Below, piece after piece: positions 9,653-20,264 of a DNA stretch of 64,000 bases. Positions within the stretch are counted from its first letter, which is position 1; every line of letters starts with the position of its first letter. This DNA is from an uncultured Acidobacteriota bacterium (GTDB lineage Bacteria > Acidobacteriota > Thermoanaerobaculia > UBA5066 > Gp7-AA6). The notes beneath the pieces were generated by a model, which did no database searches, was not told the origin of the DNA, and was given only the letters and a program-made list of their open reading frames with translations. The stretch lies in assembly GCA_963707935.1 (NCBI GenBank), contig CAVPRN010000002.1:176542-240541 (forward strand), read 5' to 3'. The position numbers were made by a program, and so were the translations under genes.

Positions 9653-11470
9653 TCAAAAGCCGGGCGGCCGCTCCCGGGCCGCGCCGAACGCCCGCTCGAG
9701 CGCGATCCCGGCCGAGCCGATCGTCCCTTCGTCGAAGAGGCGGCCGATGAGCGACACGCCGTGCGGGACGCGCCGCGGGGGCGAGAGGACGGGCATCGGG
9801 CGCGCGGGGTCCGGCGCCCAGTCGCTCCGCGCCCGCGCGACCTCGACGAAGCCGGCCGGGAGCGTGAGCGAAGGGTGTCCCGTGAAGTTCGTCACGGTCA
9901 GGACCTCGTCCCGGAGCGCCGGGACGAGCAGCAGGTCGGCCTTTTCGAAAAGGCGCTCCATCTCCCGCGCCACCTTGCGGCGCAGCCGATCGGCCTGCAC
10001 GAAGTCGACCGCGGAGAGGAAACGCGACTGGCGGAAGACGTTCGGCCAGGCGTCGGAGACCTGCACCTTCAATTGATCGAGCCCCCCGGAAAGCGTCAGC
10101 TCCTCGAACGCGGCGGCCGCTTCGGCGAAGAGGATCGTGTTCAACGACCCGTAGGGCCAGTCCGGGAGGCTCACTTCGACCGCCGTCATGCCGAGGCGCT
10201 TCGCCGTCTCGAGCGCCGCGCGATCCACTTCGGTCGCCGGGCTCTCGTTCATCCACGCCGGGAAGTAGCCGAGCCGGAGGCCGCGCGCGCCGCTGTTCGC
10301 GTCGAAGTCGAGCCGGCTCGCGACCGTCGAGAGGTCTCCCGGGTCCGGCCCCGAGATCGCGGCGAGGACGAGCATCGTGTCCTCGACCGAGCGGGCCATC
10401 GGACCCAGCTTGTCGAGCGACCAGCAGAGCGTCATCGCGCCGGTCCGCGGGACGCGCCCGAAGGTCGGGCGCAGACCGGTCACCCCGCAGCGCATCGACG
10501 GATCGACGATCGAGCCTTCCGTCTCGCTCCCGATCGAGAACGCGACGAGCGCCGCCGCGGTGGCCGCGCCCGGGCCCGCGCTGCTCCCTCCCGAGCCCTC
10601 TTCGAGGACCCAGGGGTTCATCGTCTGGCCCCCGAACCAGATGTCGTTCAACGCCAGGGCGCCGAGCGAGAGCTTCGCGACGAGGACGGCGCCCGCGTCT
10701 TCGAGACGCGCGACGACCGCGGAATCGGCGTCCGGAATCCGATTTCGGTAGGGCTCGGCGCCATAGGTGGTCGGGATCCCCTTCGTGTCGAGCAGGTCCT
10801 TGACGCCGAAAGGAATGCCGTGGAGGGGACCGCGGCGCTTTCCGGCCGCGATCTCCGAGTCGGCGCGGCGCGCCCGCTCGAGCGCCCGCTCCGGCGTGCG
10901 CGTGATCACGCAGCGCAGCTTCGGGTCGAATCGCTCGATCCGGTCGAGGTAGATGCGCGTGAGCCGTTCCGAGGTGAGCGCCCGCTTCTCGATCCAGACC
11001 GACTGGGCCGCGACCGGCGCGAAGGCGATGTCCTCGTCGCGCTTCGGCAGAGGCCCGGGATCCGCCGCGCTCCGCACGAACCGGTCGCGCGCCGGGGCCC
11101 ACGTCACGCCCGGGATCCGGGGATTCCAGAGCGTCGCCGGGGAGAGGTCCGGCTCCAGAGCGACTTTCCTCGGACCCACCCGGCGCTCCATCGTCGAGGC
11201 CATCGACTGGCGCCAGTTGCCGGCGGCCTGCGCCCGATGGGCTTCCGACATCTCGACGCGCGTGAGCTTCGAGGCCTCGGCGATCGTCGCGGCGGAGACC
11301 TCGGGGCCGACCGGAGGCGCGGTGCCGAACGCCGGCGGCGTGCCGGCCACCGGGGTGACCGGAGGCTCCGGGCCGGGCGCGGCGGGTCGCGCCGCCGCCT
11401 TCGCCACCGCGCCGGCGCCGAAGAGTCCGGCGGCGGCGCGCGTCAGGAAATCCCGTCGCGAGTTGGGCAT
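9653..11470 (-). CDS. amidase (amidase-signature family), TAT-exported
   Basis: GAGGAGAGG Shine-Dalgarno. Twin-arginine signal MPNSRRDFLTRAAAGLFGAGAVA. GGSSxG amidase-signature motifs (GGSSAGPGAA). 606 aa. Confidence 0.85.
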   Translation of the reverse strand: MPNSRRDFLTRAAAGLFGAGAVAKAAARPAAPGPEPPVTPVAGTPPAFGTAPPVGPEVSAATIAEASKLTRVEMSEAHRAQAAGNWRQSMASTMERRVGPRKVALEPDLSPATLWNPRIPGVTWAPARDRFVRSAADPGPLPKRDEDIAFAPVAAQSVWIEKRALTSERLTRIYLDRIERFDPKLRCVITRTPERALERARRADSEIAAGKRRGPLHGIPFGVKDLLDTKGIPTTYGAEPYRNRIPDADSAVVARLEDAGAVLVAKLSLGALALNDIWFGGQTMNPWVLEEGSGGSSAGPGAATAAALVAFSIGSETEGSIVDPSMRCGVTGLRPTFGRVPRTGAMTLCWSLDKLGPMARSVEDTMLVLAAISGPDPGDLSTVASRLDFDANSGARGLRLGYFPAWMNESPATEVDRAALETAKRLGMTAVEVSLPDWPYGSLNTILFAEAAAAFEELTLSGGLDQLKVQVSDAWPNVFRQSRFLSAVDFVQADRLRRKVAREMERLFEKADLLLVPALRDEVLTVTNFTGHPSLTLPAGFVEVARARSDWAPDPARPMPVLSPPRRVPHGVSLIGRLFDEGTIGSAGIALERAFGAARERPPGF

Positions 11471-11549
11471 GGTGCCTCTCCTCGCGCCTATCCTATTTCG
11501 GCCGGCGGCGCGACCGGTCTCGGAGAGGGGGCCTCCTCGGCGCGCCGGA

Positions 11550-13196
11550 TCACATCTCCTTGAGCACCTGGTGGACGAATTGAACGGCCATCGCGCCTTC
11601 GCCGACGGCGGAGGCGACTCTCTTGACCGATCCCGATCGCACGTCGCCCGCGGCGAAAACGCCGGGCCGGCTGGTCTCGAGGAGGAAAGGGGTTCGCCGG
11701 GCGGGCCAGTGCGGTGACTCCAGGAGCTCCGGACCCGTCCGCACGAAATGCCTCGCATCGCGCTCGATCACCGAAGGGAGCCAGTCGGTGTGCGGGGTCG
11801 CGCCGATGAAGCTGAAGAGCGCCGGCGTCTCGATCGTGCGCTTCTCCCCGGTGACGCCGTCCACGACGTCGATCGAGGCGAGCCGGCCGTCTCCGCCCAT
11901 GCGGACGACCGTCGAATTGAGCAGGACCTCGACGTTCGGAGTGGCTTCGATTCGGCGCGCCAGGTACGTCGACATGCTTCGGTCGAGGCTGTCTCCCCGG
12001 ACGACGAGAGAGACCTTGCCGGCGTGCGCGGCGAGAAACACCGCGGCCTGTCCGGCGGAATTCCCGCCGCCCACGATGACGACCTCCTGGCCCTGACACC
12101 CCAGCGCTTCGTTGTAGGTCGCGGCGTAGTAGACGCCGCACCCCTCGAACCGGTCGCAACCCTCGACTTCGAGCCGGCGGTACTGTGCGCCGCTCGCGAT
12201 CAGCAGACACTTCGAGACGACGCGCTCGCCCCCTTCGAGCGCGAGCACCGCGTAGTGGTTTTCGAAGGAGAGGCTCAGAACCGGCGCTGGCACGGTCAGG
12301 ATCGCCCCGAACTTGCTCGCCTGGACGACCGCGCGCTCCGCGAGCTCGGACCCGGACAGGCCCGTCGGAAACCCGAGATAGTTCTCGATCCGCATGCTGG
12401 TCCCGGCCTGCCCGCCGGTCGCGGACCGTTCCAGCACGACGGTCGAGAGGCCTTCCGACGACCCGTAGACCGCGGCGGCCAGGCCGGCCGGCCCGGCGCC
12501 CACGACCGCGAGGTCGTAGACCGCTTCCGCGAGCGGCCGCTTGATGCCGACCGCCGTCGCGAGCTCCGTGTTCGACGGATTCCTGAGGACGAGTCTCGTC
12601 CCCATGGCGACGACCGGCGTGTCGGCCTCCGTCATCCCGAAGCGCCGGAGGAAGTCGTCGACTTCGCGGTGCTCTTCGAGATCGAGGAACGTGAACGGAA
12701 TGCGATTCCGGGCGAGAAAATCGCGCACGCGAAAGGTCTCGCGCGAAAAGCGGGAGCCGATCACGCGCAGCCCCGTGAACTCGCCGGACTGGCGGAGGCG
12801 CTGCCGGCGCAGGAGGAACGCCTGGAGAATCGTGTCGCCGATCTCCGGGCGCAGATTGATGAGCTGCCTCAAGGCGGTCTGCGAGACGACGTAGACGTCG
12901 GCGTCCGTCCGCGCCCGGAGCGTCGCCAGAGAGCGACCGCCGCTCAAATGGCTGACTTCCCCCGAGAAGTTGCCGGGACCGAGGGTAAAGATCGTCGTCG
13001 GCGGGTCCTTCGACTCGTCCAGGATCTCGACTTCGCCCTTTCGCAGGACGAAGACGGGAACGTCCGGGTCTCCGGCGCGGGCGAGAGTCTCCCCCGATGC
13101 GTAATGGCGGGAAGTCGTCGCGGGGCAGGTTCCGATCACCGCCAGGTGCGAATCGTCGAGCCTGGGAAACGCGATCGGAAGGTCGCTGGAATCCAT
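11550..13196 (-). CDS. thioredoxin-disulfide reductase-like FAD/NAD(P) oxidoreductase with an N-terminal cyclic-nucleotide-binding domain
   Basis: N-terminal cNMP-binding-like segment (~130 aa). GxGxxG FAD motif VVGAGPAGLAAA and a second nucleotide motif VVIVGGGNSAGQAA. 548 aa uninterrupted. Confidence 0.85.
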   Translation of the reverse strand: MDSSDLPIAFPRLDDSHLAVIGTCPATTSRHYASGETLARAGDPDVPVFVLRKGEVEILDESKDPPTTIFTLGPGNFSGEVSHLSGGRSLATLRARTDADVYVVSQTALRQLINLRPEIGDTILQAFLLRRQRLRQSGEFTGLRVIGSRFSRETFRVRDFLARNRIPFTFLDLEEHREVDDFLRRFGMTEADTPVVAMGTRLVLRNPSNTELATAVGIKRPLAEAVYDLAVVGAGPAGLAAAVYGSSEGLSTVVLERSATGGQAGTSMRIENYLGFPTGLSGSELAERAVVQASKFGAILTVPAPVLSLSFENHYAVLALEGGERVVSKCLLIASGAQYRRLEVEGCDRFEGCGVYYAATYNEALGCQGQEVVIVGGGNSAGQAAVFLAAHAGKVSLVVRGDSLDRSMSTYLARRIEATPNVEVLLNSTVVRMGGDGRLASIDVVDGVTGEKRTIETPALFSFIGATPHTDWLPSVIERDARHFVRTGPELLESPHWPARRTPFLLETSRPGVFAAGDVRSGSVKRVASAVGEGAMAVQFVHQVLKEM

Positions 13197-13362
13197 CGAC
13201 GCCGGCCGCCGACCGTATCACACGCCCCCGCCGACCGGCGGGCCGCCTCCCTCCGCCGCCCGCCGCCGGAGCCGCCGGGCGGCAAGCCCCGTTCGCCCGC
13301 TCGCCGATCCGCGCGAGCGAAGGCCGCGACGCGCCGTAGGTTCTCCGCGGAGGACATCTGTC

Positions 13363-14217
13363 ATGGCTCTACTCGCCTGGGTCTTCGCGCTCGCGGCATC
13401 GGCTCCGCACCCGGTCTCCCCCGCGCTCCAGGAAGCGCGCCTCTCGGCTCTCGCCGCCGAAGTGCTGTCGGCGGACTACCGCGGCGATCGGCCGGTGCTC
13501 GCCCGGCTCGACGACACGCTCGGGCGCCTGGACGCCGACGCGCTCCGAGAGTACCGCGACTACTGGCGAGGCTTCGCCCGCTGGCGCCGCGCCTTGAACG
13601 GCTTCAACGAGACGCCCACACCGGCGGACCTCCGGGACGACCTCGAGACGGCGATCCGGCGGTTTCGCGACGCGCTCGCGCGCCGGACGGACTGGCTCGA
13701 ACCGAAGATCGGAATCGTCGGGTCCACGGCCTCGCTCCTCTACCTCGCCGGAAACGACGAGGCGAGGAAGAAGGCGCTCCTCGAGGAGTACCTGCCCTTC
13801 ATCCAGACCGTTCAGAAAGACGGCCTCGAAAACCCGCGCGCGCTCTGGCTGATCGGGGGATTCCAGGCCTACAAAGGCGACTCGGCCAAGGCGATCGCGA
13901 CCCATACCCGGGGCCTCGCGGCGGCCTGGCGCGAATCGACCGAGGAGCCCGCGGCGCCGCCGTGGGCGCCGAGCTGGGGCGGCCCCGAGAACCTGATGAA
14001 CATGGCCTACATCACGTCGCACGGCTCTTCGCCGAACAAGGGCCTGGCGCTCGCGTACGCTCAGGGCGCGACGACGGCGGTGCCGCAGTGGCACTACGTG
14101 CGCGACATCCTGCTGCTCGAGATCCAGGCGCTCCCCGAGACGCCCTCGGGCGGGAGCCAGCCCGCCGCCGCCACTTGCGGCGGCGACGCGCCGCCGGGAG
14201 AATCGAATCGACCATGA
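13363..14217 (+). CDS. hypothetical secreted protein
   Basis: GGAGGA Shine-Dalgarno, signal peptide, 284 aa. Directly precedes and overlaps (ATGA) the LytS-type kinase gene. Confidence 0.5.
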   Translation: MALLAWVFALAASAPHPVSPALQEARLSALAAEVLSADYRGDRPVLARLDDTLGRLDADALREYRDYWRGFARWRRALNGFNETPTPADLRDDLETAIRRFRDALARRTDWLEPKIGIVGSTASLLYLAGNDEARKKALLEEYLPFIQTVQKDGLENPRALWLIGGFQAYKGDSAKAIATHTRGLAAAWRESTEEPAAPPWAPSWGGPENLMNMAYITSHGSSPNKGLALAYAQGATTAVPQWHYVRDILLLEIQALPETPSGGSQPAAATCGGDAPPGESNRP

Positions 14218-15305
14218 CCGAAGACTCCCGACGGCGAGAGGCGGCGCCGTCCGTGCCGTGGCGGATCTACGTCGGGGCGTGGGCGCTCCTCGCCTGCGTC
14301 TACGCCGCCGTCTTCGCCGCGGGCGGCGCGGCGGCGCCGATGGCGCTCCGCGCGGCGTTTGCGATCGTCCTCCCCAACGCCCTCTTCGGGCGAGTGTCAC
14401 TCCGCCTCGCCCGACGCCGCCCGCCGTCCCGGGGGACGCGCCTCCGGCAGGGGGTTCGCCTCGTTTTCGCAGTCCTGGGCGTGGCCGTGGCTTCGACGGC
14501 GGGGTGGGTCGGCCTCGCCGCACTCGACAACGTCCTGACGCACGGGACGCTCAAGTGGAGCGGGACGATCGTCGCGTGGCAGCTGGTCTTGAGCACTCTC
14601 ACGCACACCGCTTTGGCCGGAATCGGATACGCGTGGCACGCGGCGGAAGCCGTGCGCGTCGCGCAGGAGCGCGCGGCCCGGGCGGAAGTCCTGCGCGCGA
14701 AGGCGGAGCTCCACCTCCTCCGCTCGCAGCTCCACCCCCACTTCGTGCTGAACACGCTCCACGCGCTCCTCGGCCTCGTCCGGCGCGATCCGGCCCGCGC
14801 CGAGAGCGCGCTCGAGCGCCTGGGAGACCTCCTCAAATTCGGGCTCTGGGTGCACCAGAGCGGAGCCGACTTCGTCCCGCTCTCCCGCGAATGGGACTTC
14901 GTCAAGAGCTACCTGGACCTCGAACGGATCCGGCTGGGCGAACGCCTCCGTGTCTCCCTGGACGTGGAGGAGGCGGCGCTCCAGGTGCCCGTTCCGCCGT
15001 TCGCCCTCCAGCCGCTCGTCGAGAACGCGATCCTCCACGGCGTGGCGCCCCGCGCCTCCGGCGGGCGCGTCGGGGTGTCGGCGCGGCGCGCCGACGGCCG
15101 GCTCTTCGTCGCCGTCGAGGACGACGGGCCCGGCTCGTCGGAGGCGGCGATCGCCGCGAGCCCGCGAATGGGGCTGCGGCTGCTCCAGGAGCGACTCGCC
15201 GCCATCTACGGCGGGCGCGCCCGCCTCGCCTACGAATCGCCGGCGGCCGGGGGCTTCCATGTCCGCCTGGAGTTGCCCGACGACTTCGCCCCGGAGGTCG
15301 CGTGA
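14214..15305 (+). CDS. sensor histidine kinase, LytS/YehU type (His_kinase + HATPase_c)
   Basis: Five to six N-terminal transmembrane helices. H-box LLRSQLHPHFVLNTLHAL, N-box LVENAILHG. ATGA overlap with the upstream gene. Confidence 0.8.
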   Translation: MTEDSRRREAAPSVPWRIYVGAWALLACVYAAVFAAGGAAAPMALRAAFAIVLPNALFGRVSLRLARRRPPSRGTRLRQGVRLVFAVLGVAVASTAGWVGLAALDNVLTHGTLKWSGTIVAWQLVLSTLTHTALAGIGYAWHAAEAVRVAQERAARAEVLRAKAELHLLRSQLHPHFVLNTLHALLGLVRRDPARAESALERLGDLLKFGLWVHQSGADFVPLSREWDFVKSYLDLERIRLGERLRVSLDVEEAALQVPVPPFALQPLVENAILHGVAPRASGGRVGVSARRADGRLFVAVEDDGPGSSEAAIAASPRMGLRLLQERLAAIYGGRARLAYESPAAGGFHVRLELPDDFAPEVA

Positions 15306-16045
15306 GCAGTCGGCGCGTGCGCGCGCTCGTCGCCGAAGACGAAGCGCCGGCGCGGGAGAATCTGCGCGAGTACCTGACCGATACGCCCTGGATCGAGGTC
15401 GTGGCCGAGGCCGTGGACGGGCGGTCGGCTCTGGCGCTCGCCGACGAGCTCCGACCCGACCTCCTCTTTCTCGACGTGCGGCTGCCGGAGCTGTCGGGGC
15501 TCGAGGTCGCGCGCCAGATCCGCCATCCCGCCGAGATCGTCTTCACGACGGCCTATGACCGATTCGCCGTGGCCGCTTTCGAGATCGGAGCGCTCGACTA
15601 CCTCGTCAAGCCTTTCGGTCGGGAGCGGCTCGCGGCCGCGACCGAGCGGGTCCGCGCGCGCCTCTCGAGCTCGGAGGCCTCCGCCGGGGATCGGGTCCGA
15701 AGCTCGTTCGGGCCGGACCCTCTCGCGCGCCTCTTCGCCCGCCAGGGGGACCGCATCGTGCCGATCACCGTCTCCGGAATTCGCCGGATCCAGGCGCAGG
15801 GGGACTACGCGGAGGTTCACTCCGCGGAGGGCGTGTTCCTGCTGCGCCTGACGCTCGCGGAGCTCGCGGCGCGGCTCGACGCGGCCCGGTTCCGGCAGGT
15901 GCATCGCTCGCACATCGTCAACCTCGATGCGGTCGAGCACATGCGCGCGTACGACGATCGCCGCCTCGCGGTCACGCTGAAGGACGGCACCGTCGTCGTG
16001 GCGAGTCGGGCCGCCTCCGAAGAGCTCCGCCGTCTCGCGCGCTGA
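15302..16045 (+). CDS. LytTR-family response regulator
   Basis: GTGA overlap with the kinase stop. Receiver domain (VAEDE...LLFLDVRLP) plus a C-terminal LytTR DNA-binding domain. Confidence 0.85.
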   Translation: MSSRRVRALVAEDEAPARENLREYLTDTPWIEVVAEAVDGRSALALADELRPDLLFLDVRLPELSGLEVARQIRHPAEIVFTTAYDRFAVAAFEIGALDYLVKPFGRERLAAATERVRARLSSSEASAGDRVRSSFGPDPLARLFARQGDRIVPITVSGIRRIQAQGDYAEVHSAEGVFLLRLTLAELAARLDAARFRQVHRSHIVNLDAVEHMRAYDDRRLAVTLKDGTVVVASRAASEELRRLAR

Positions 16046-16061
16046 ACGGGGCGGCGCCCTC

Positions 16062-16835
16062 CTAGAAGAAGAGCTTCAGCCGGACGTCGATGGCGTTGGA
16101 GTCGGGCTGCGGTTGGGCGCCCTTGCTCTCCCGGTGCACGTTGCGGATGTAGAGCGCTTCGAGGCGCGTGGCGTAGCGGAACCGATAACCCAGGCCCGCC
16201 CGGAATCGTCCCTTCGAGACGAAGTGCTCGTCCACCCCCTCGCCGATCGGGGCGAAGTACTCGGCGTCGAAGATCCCGTAGAGCGAGCAGTCCTCGGAGA
16301 AGTCGGCGTGGTTGATGCCGATCTTCGATTCGAGCCGGACGCGCAGGCGCCACTCGTGCTGGGGCTCGCTCCCATCGCTGTACCAGAAGTTCCGATACTC
16401 GAGCCGGACGAGCGTGGCGAGCCGGATCCTCGTCATGGGCCCCTTCTCCAGAAGCGGCTTCTCCCGGAGGTTGTTCAGGATGTTCAGTCGAAGGCCGACC
16501 CGCGGCGTGAGCTCGGTCGTGTTGACGTCGTCGGTCTGATGCGTGAAGCCCACGGTCGTCTCCCCCTCGAGGTCGATCCAGCGGCTCGGGTAGTACTCGA
16601 CGAGCGGCGTGAAGTCGAGGTTCCACCACTTCTCTCCGCCGGAGAGGAGGGTCTTCGGCTCGAAGTCGACCTCGAAGAGCCAGCGATGCCCCTTCGGAAA
16701 GTCGAGCGTGACGTTCCCCCAGAGCTCGAGCGGGACGTCGCTGTCGGCGTCCGCGCGGAGGGGCTCCTGCCCCATCCCGGCGCCGGCCGCCGCCAGGAGC
16801 TCGAAGAGCAGGGCGAGAGGCCGAAGTCCGCTCAA
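16062..16835 (-). CDS. putative outer-membrane beta-barrel protein
   Basis: Alternating amphipathic strands and a C-terminal ...RLKLFF. Signal-like N-terminus LSGLRPLALLFELLAAAGAG. Start uncertain (TTG at 16835 or internal ATG). Confidence 0.5.
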   Translation of the reverse strand: MSGLRPLALLFELLAAAGAGMGQEPLRADADSDVPLELWGNVTLDFPKGHRWLFEVDFEPKTLLSGGEKWWNLDFTPLVEYYPSRWIDLEGETTVGFTHQTDDVNTTELTPRVGLRLNILNNLREKPLLEKGPMTRIRLATLVRLEYRNFWYSDGSEPQHEWRLRVRLESKIGINHADFSEDCSLYGIFDAEYFAPIGEGVDEHFVSKGRFRAGLGYRFRYATRLEALYIRNVHRESKGAQPQPDSNAIDVRLKLFF

Positions 16836-17059
16836 CGGTAGGAACCCTACCCCGTTCGCCCCCGCGGCCGCTCGACGCTGCAAAACCCTGTGCTCAAAGA
16901 GAGTTGACAGGGGCGGCAGTCTATGATTGCGTGTGCTTTCATTTACTTGTGTTCGCTTCGCGAGTCGGGTCCCCGCGGCGCCGTCGAAGCCGGAAGGCGC
17001 GGCCCGGCGGATGCTCGCCCGATCTCCAAGAGTGCGCCTCGGAGCGGAGAGGAGGGGGA

Positions 17060-20000
17060 ATGAAGAACTGGCGGATCTTTTCGATATCGCTCGTCGCGCT
17101 CGGCTTCCTCGTGACTTCGTCCTCCGCGCAGGTGGATACCGGCTCGATCCTGGGCACCGTGCGAGACGCAAGCGGCGGGGTGTTGCCGGGGGCGGCCGTG
17201 ACCCTGACCCAGAAAGAGACGAACGTCGCGACTCGATTGACGACCAACAGCCGCGGGGCCTACGAGGCCGTCGGCCTCGCGATCGGCACCTACACGATCA
17301 CGGTGGCGCTCCCGGGATTCAAAGCGGCCAGCCGGGAGAACGTCGGCCTGCGGATCCAGGATCGCCTCCGAATCGATTTCACGCTCGAGGTCGGAGCCGC
17401 GAGCGAGACGGTCGTGGTCTCGACCGAGGCGCCGATCCTCCAGACGCAGGAGGGCTCTCTCGGCCAGGTCATCGAGTCCGCACAGATCGAGGCGCTGCCG
17501 GTCAACGGCCGAAGTTTCCTTCCCCTGGCGGCGCTCACACCCGGGGTCTGGCTGGTCGGCGGCTCGACGAACGGAAACGCCGGTGAGGAAGACACCGTCA
17601 TCACCAACGGGATGCGGGCCTCCGCGACGAATTTCATGCTCGACGGCATCGACAACAACAACAACGACAGCCCCGGCCACCCGATCGTCGAGCCGAATGT
17701 CGATGCGATCTCGGAGTTCAAGGTCCAGACTTCGAACTATTCGGCGGAGTTCGGCCGCAACGGCGGCGCGGTCATCAACATGACGATCAAGTCGGGAGGC
17801 AACGATACGACCGGGACCGTCTTCCTGTTCGGGCGCAATCAAGGCCTCGAAGCCCGGGACTACTTCGCCGATCCGGAGGAGCCGAAGGCGCCGTTCAGCT
17901 TCTACCAGTTCGGCGGAACGCTCGGCGGCCCGATCGTGAGCGACAAGACCTTCTTCTTTGCCGATTTCCAGGGGACGAAGTCGAAGCGCTCGGACACGCT
18001 CACGCTCTCGGTCCCTACCGCGCGGATGCGCGCCGGTGATTTTTCCGAGGAAGGCAATCCGATCATCTACGACCCCACGACCGGCCAGCCGTTCGACGGC
18101 AACGTGATCCCGCAGAATCGGATCTCCCCGCTCGCGCAGTCGTTCATCAATCTCTACCCGAGCCCGAATCGCGAGGGTCTCCGCAACAACTACGTGGTCG
18201 CGCCGACCGTGACTCAGGACACCTACCAGGGGGACTTGCGCCTGGATCAGAATTTCTCACCCAGTGACTTCGTCTTCCTACGCGGCTCCTACGTCAACGT
18301 CTCGCGGTTCATCCCGGCGCCGCTCCCCGGCATCGCCGGCGGCGGCGACTACGGCGCCGGAGACACCAGCCGCGAGATCTGGGGCGCCGCCCTCGGCTAT
18401 TCGAAGACCCTGACGGACCACTCCGCGAACGAGCTCCGCGTCGGGTTCAACCACTTGTCGACGAGCGTCGGCGTTCCGGCCGGAGGGACCTACATTCCGC
18501 CGGAGAGCCTTCAGGTCCCCGGCGTGGTATTCGATCCCCGGGTCAACGGACTGACCAACTTCGCGCCCGACCAGTACTCCTTCATCGGGGATCCCGAATT
18601 CAATCCGACTTACACCCTCAGCCAGGAGATCCAGATCTCGGACACGCTCACGTTCCTTCTCGGAGAGCACACGCTCCGCACCGGTGTGGAGATTCGTCAG
18701 TCCCGTTTCAACCTGTTCCAGATTCCGCAGCCCCGCGGAAAGTTCACGTTCAGCGGCGAGTTCACGGCCGATCCGGCGGCCGACCACCTCGACCAGGGAG
18801 ATCCGATGGCGGACGCGCTCCTGGGGCTCGCTTCCCAGACCGACATCCAGAACATCACCGACGTCAAGAACCGGACGATGTACTACGCCGGCTTCATCCA
18901 GGACGATTTCCGGGTGACGAACAACCTGACGATCAACATCGGCCTGCGCTATGAATACACGAGCGCGACCCTAGAGACCAACGATCGCCAGAGCAACTTC
19001 AATTTCGCGACGGGGCAGATTCTCGTGGCGGGCCAGGACGGGAATTCGCGCGGTCTCATCGACGTGGACGAGAACAATTTTGCGCCGCGTTTCGGGGCCG
19101 CCTGGAGGCCGGGCGGAAGCGAGTGCTGGGTGGTGCGCGGCGGCTGGGGCCGGTTCTACAACAACCAGGAGCCGCGGACGGCGTTCCAGCTCGGGTTCAA
19201 TCCGCCGTTCTTCTTCTCGGTCAGCCGATTCAGCGACTTTGGTGTGACGCCGGCGGCCCAGGTCGACGAAGGGTTCCCCCCCGTCAACCCCGAGGACGCC
19301 GAATTCCCGCTCCTCGTCACCGTGGACGAGCGGTTCCGCAGCCCCTACTACGATCAGTGGAACGTGGCCGTCCAGCGGGTCATCGTGCCGTGGGACGCGA
19401 GCATCGAGCTCGGGTACGTCGGGACGCGCGGGCACCGGCTCCAGGTCCTCCGCGACCTGAACCAGCCCCCGCCGGGCCCGTTAGATGTCCAGGAGCGCCG
19501 CCCTTACCCGCAGTACGGCAACTTCGCTTCGATTCGAAATGACGGCAAGTCCGCGTACAACGGGTTCCAGGTCAAGTTCAGCAAGCGGTTGACGCGGGGG
19601 TTCTGGTTCCTCGCCTCGTACACCTACGGCAAGGCCAAGAGCGACCAGGGCGAGATCGGGCTCGCGTCTCCCTGGCCCCAGAACAGCCTGGACGTCGCTT
19701 CCGACTACGGGCGCTCCGACGGCGACCAGGTCCACCGGGTCGTGGCCAGCGCCACGTGGGACTTGCCCTTCGGCCAGGGCCGCACGTACATGAATCAGTC
19801 GGGCATCCTCGACATCCTCTTCGGCGGCTGGCAGCTCGGCGGCATCTTCAACTACGGCTCGGGATTTCCCTTCACGCCGCTGATCGGCGAAGATCCTTCC
19901 AACACGGGGACCTTCGGCTCGGTCCGACCCAACCTGGTCGGAGATCCGAAGGTGCCGAATCCCTCTCCGGATCGCTGGTTCAACAAGGACGCGTACGCCC

Positions 20001-20264
20001 CTCCCGACCTCTACACTTTCGGCAACGCGCCGCGAAACAGTCTGACCGGACCCGACGTTCACCAATCTCGACCTCTACCTGGCCAAGCGATTCGGCCTCG
20101 GGAAGGACATGTCTCTCGAGCTCCGCATCGAGGCCTACAACGTCCTGAACCACGCGAATTTCGCCCAGCCGGATCCCTTCGTCGACAGCGATTCCGGGGG
20201 TACGATCACCGGGCTCGCCGGACCGATGAGGGAGCTCCAGTGGGGCCTGAGGCTGTACTTCTGA
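17060..20264 (+). CDS. TonB-dependent receptor with carboxypeptidase-regulatory-like N-domain; frame broken ~20058
   Basis: Strong Shine-Dalgarno GGAGAGGAGGGGG, signal peptide, CarbopepD_reg-like N-domain, plug and barrel. The C-terminal frame reads ..FTNLDLYLAKRF...NHANFAQP...LRLYF* after a one-base shift at ~20058. Confidence 0.85.

Noticed and set aside
11748-15305. 1185 aa ORF
   Set aside because: Antisense of the TrxR-like gene and overlaps the hypothetical gene. Only 14214-15305 (LytS-type kinase) is coding.
16903-16924. TTGACA...TATGAT pair upstream of the TBDR gene as a sigma-70 promoter
   Set aside because: Spacer is only ~12 nt. TBDR genes of this type are usually ECF-sigma driven. 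Not called.
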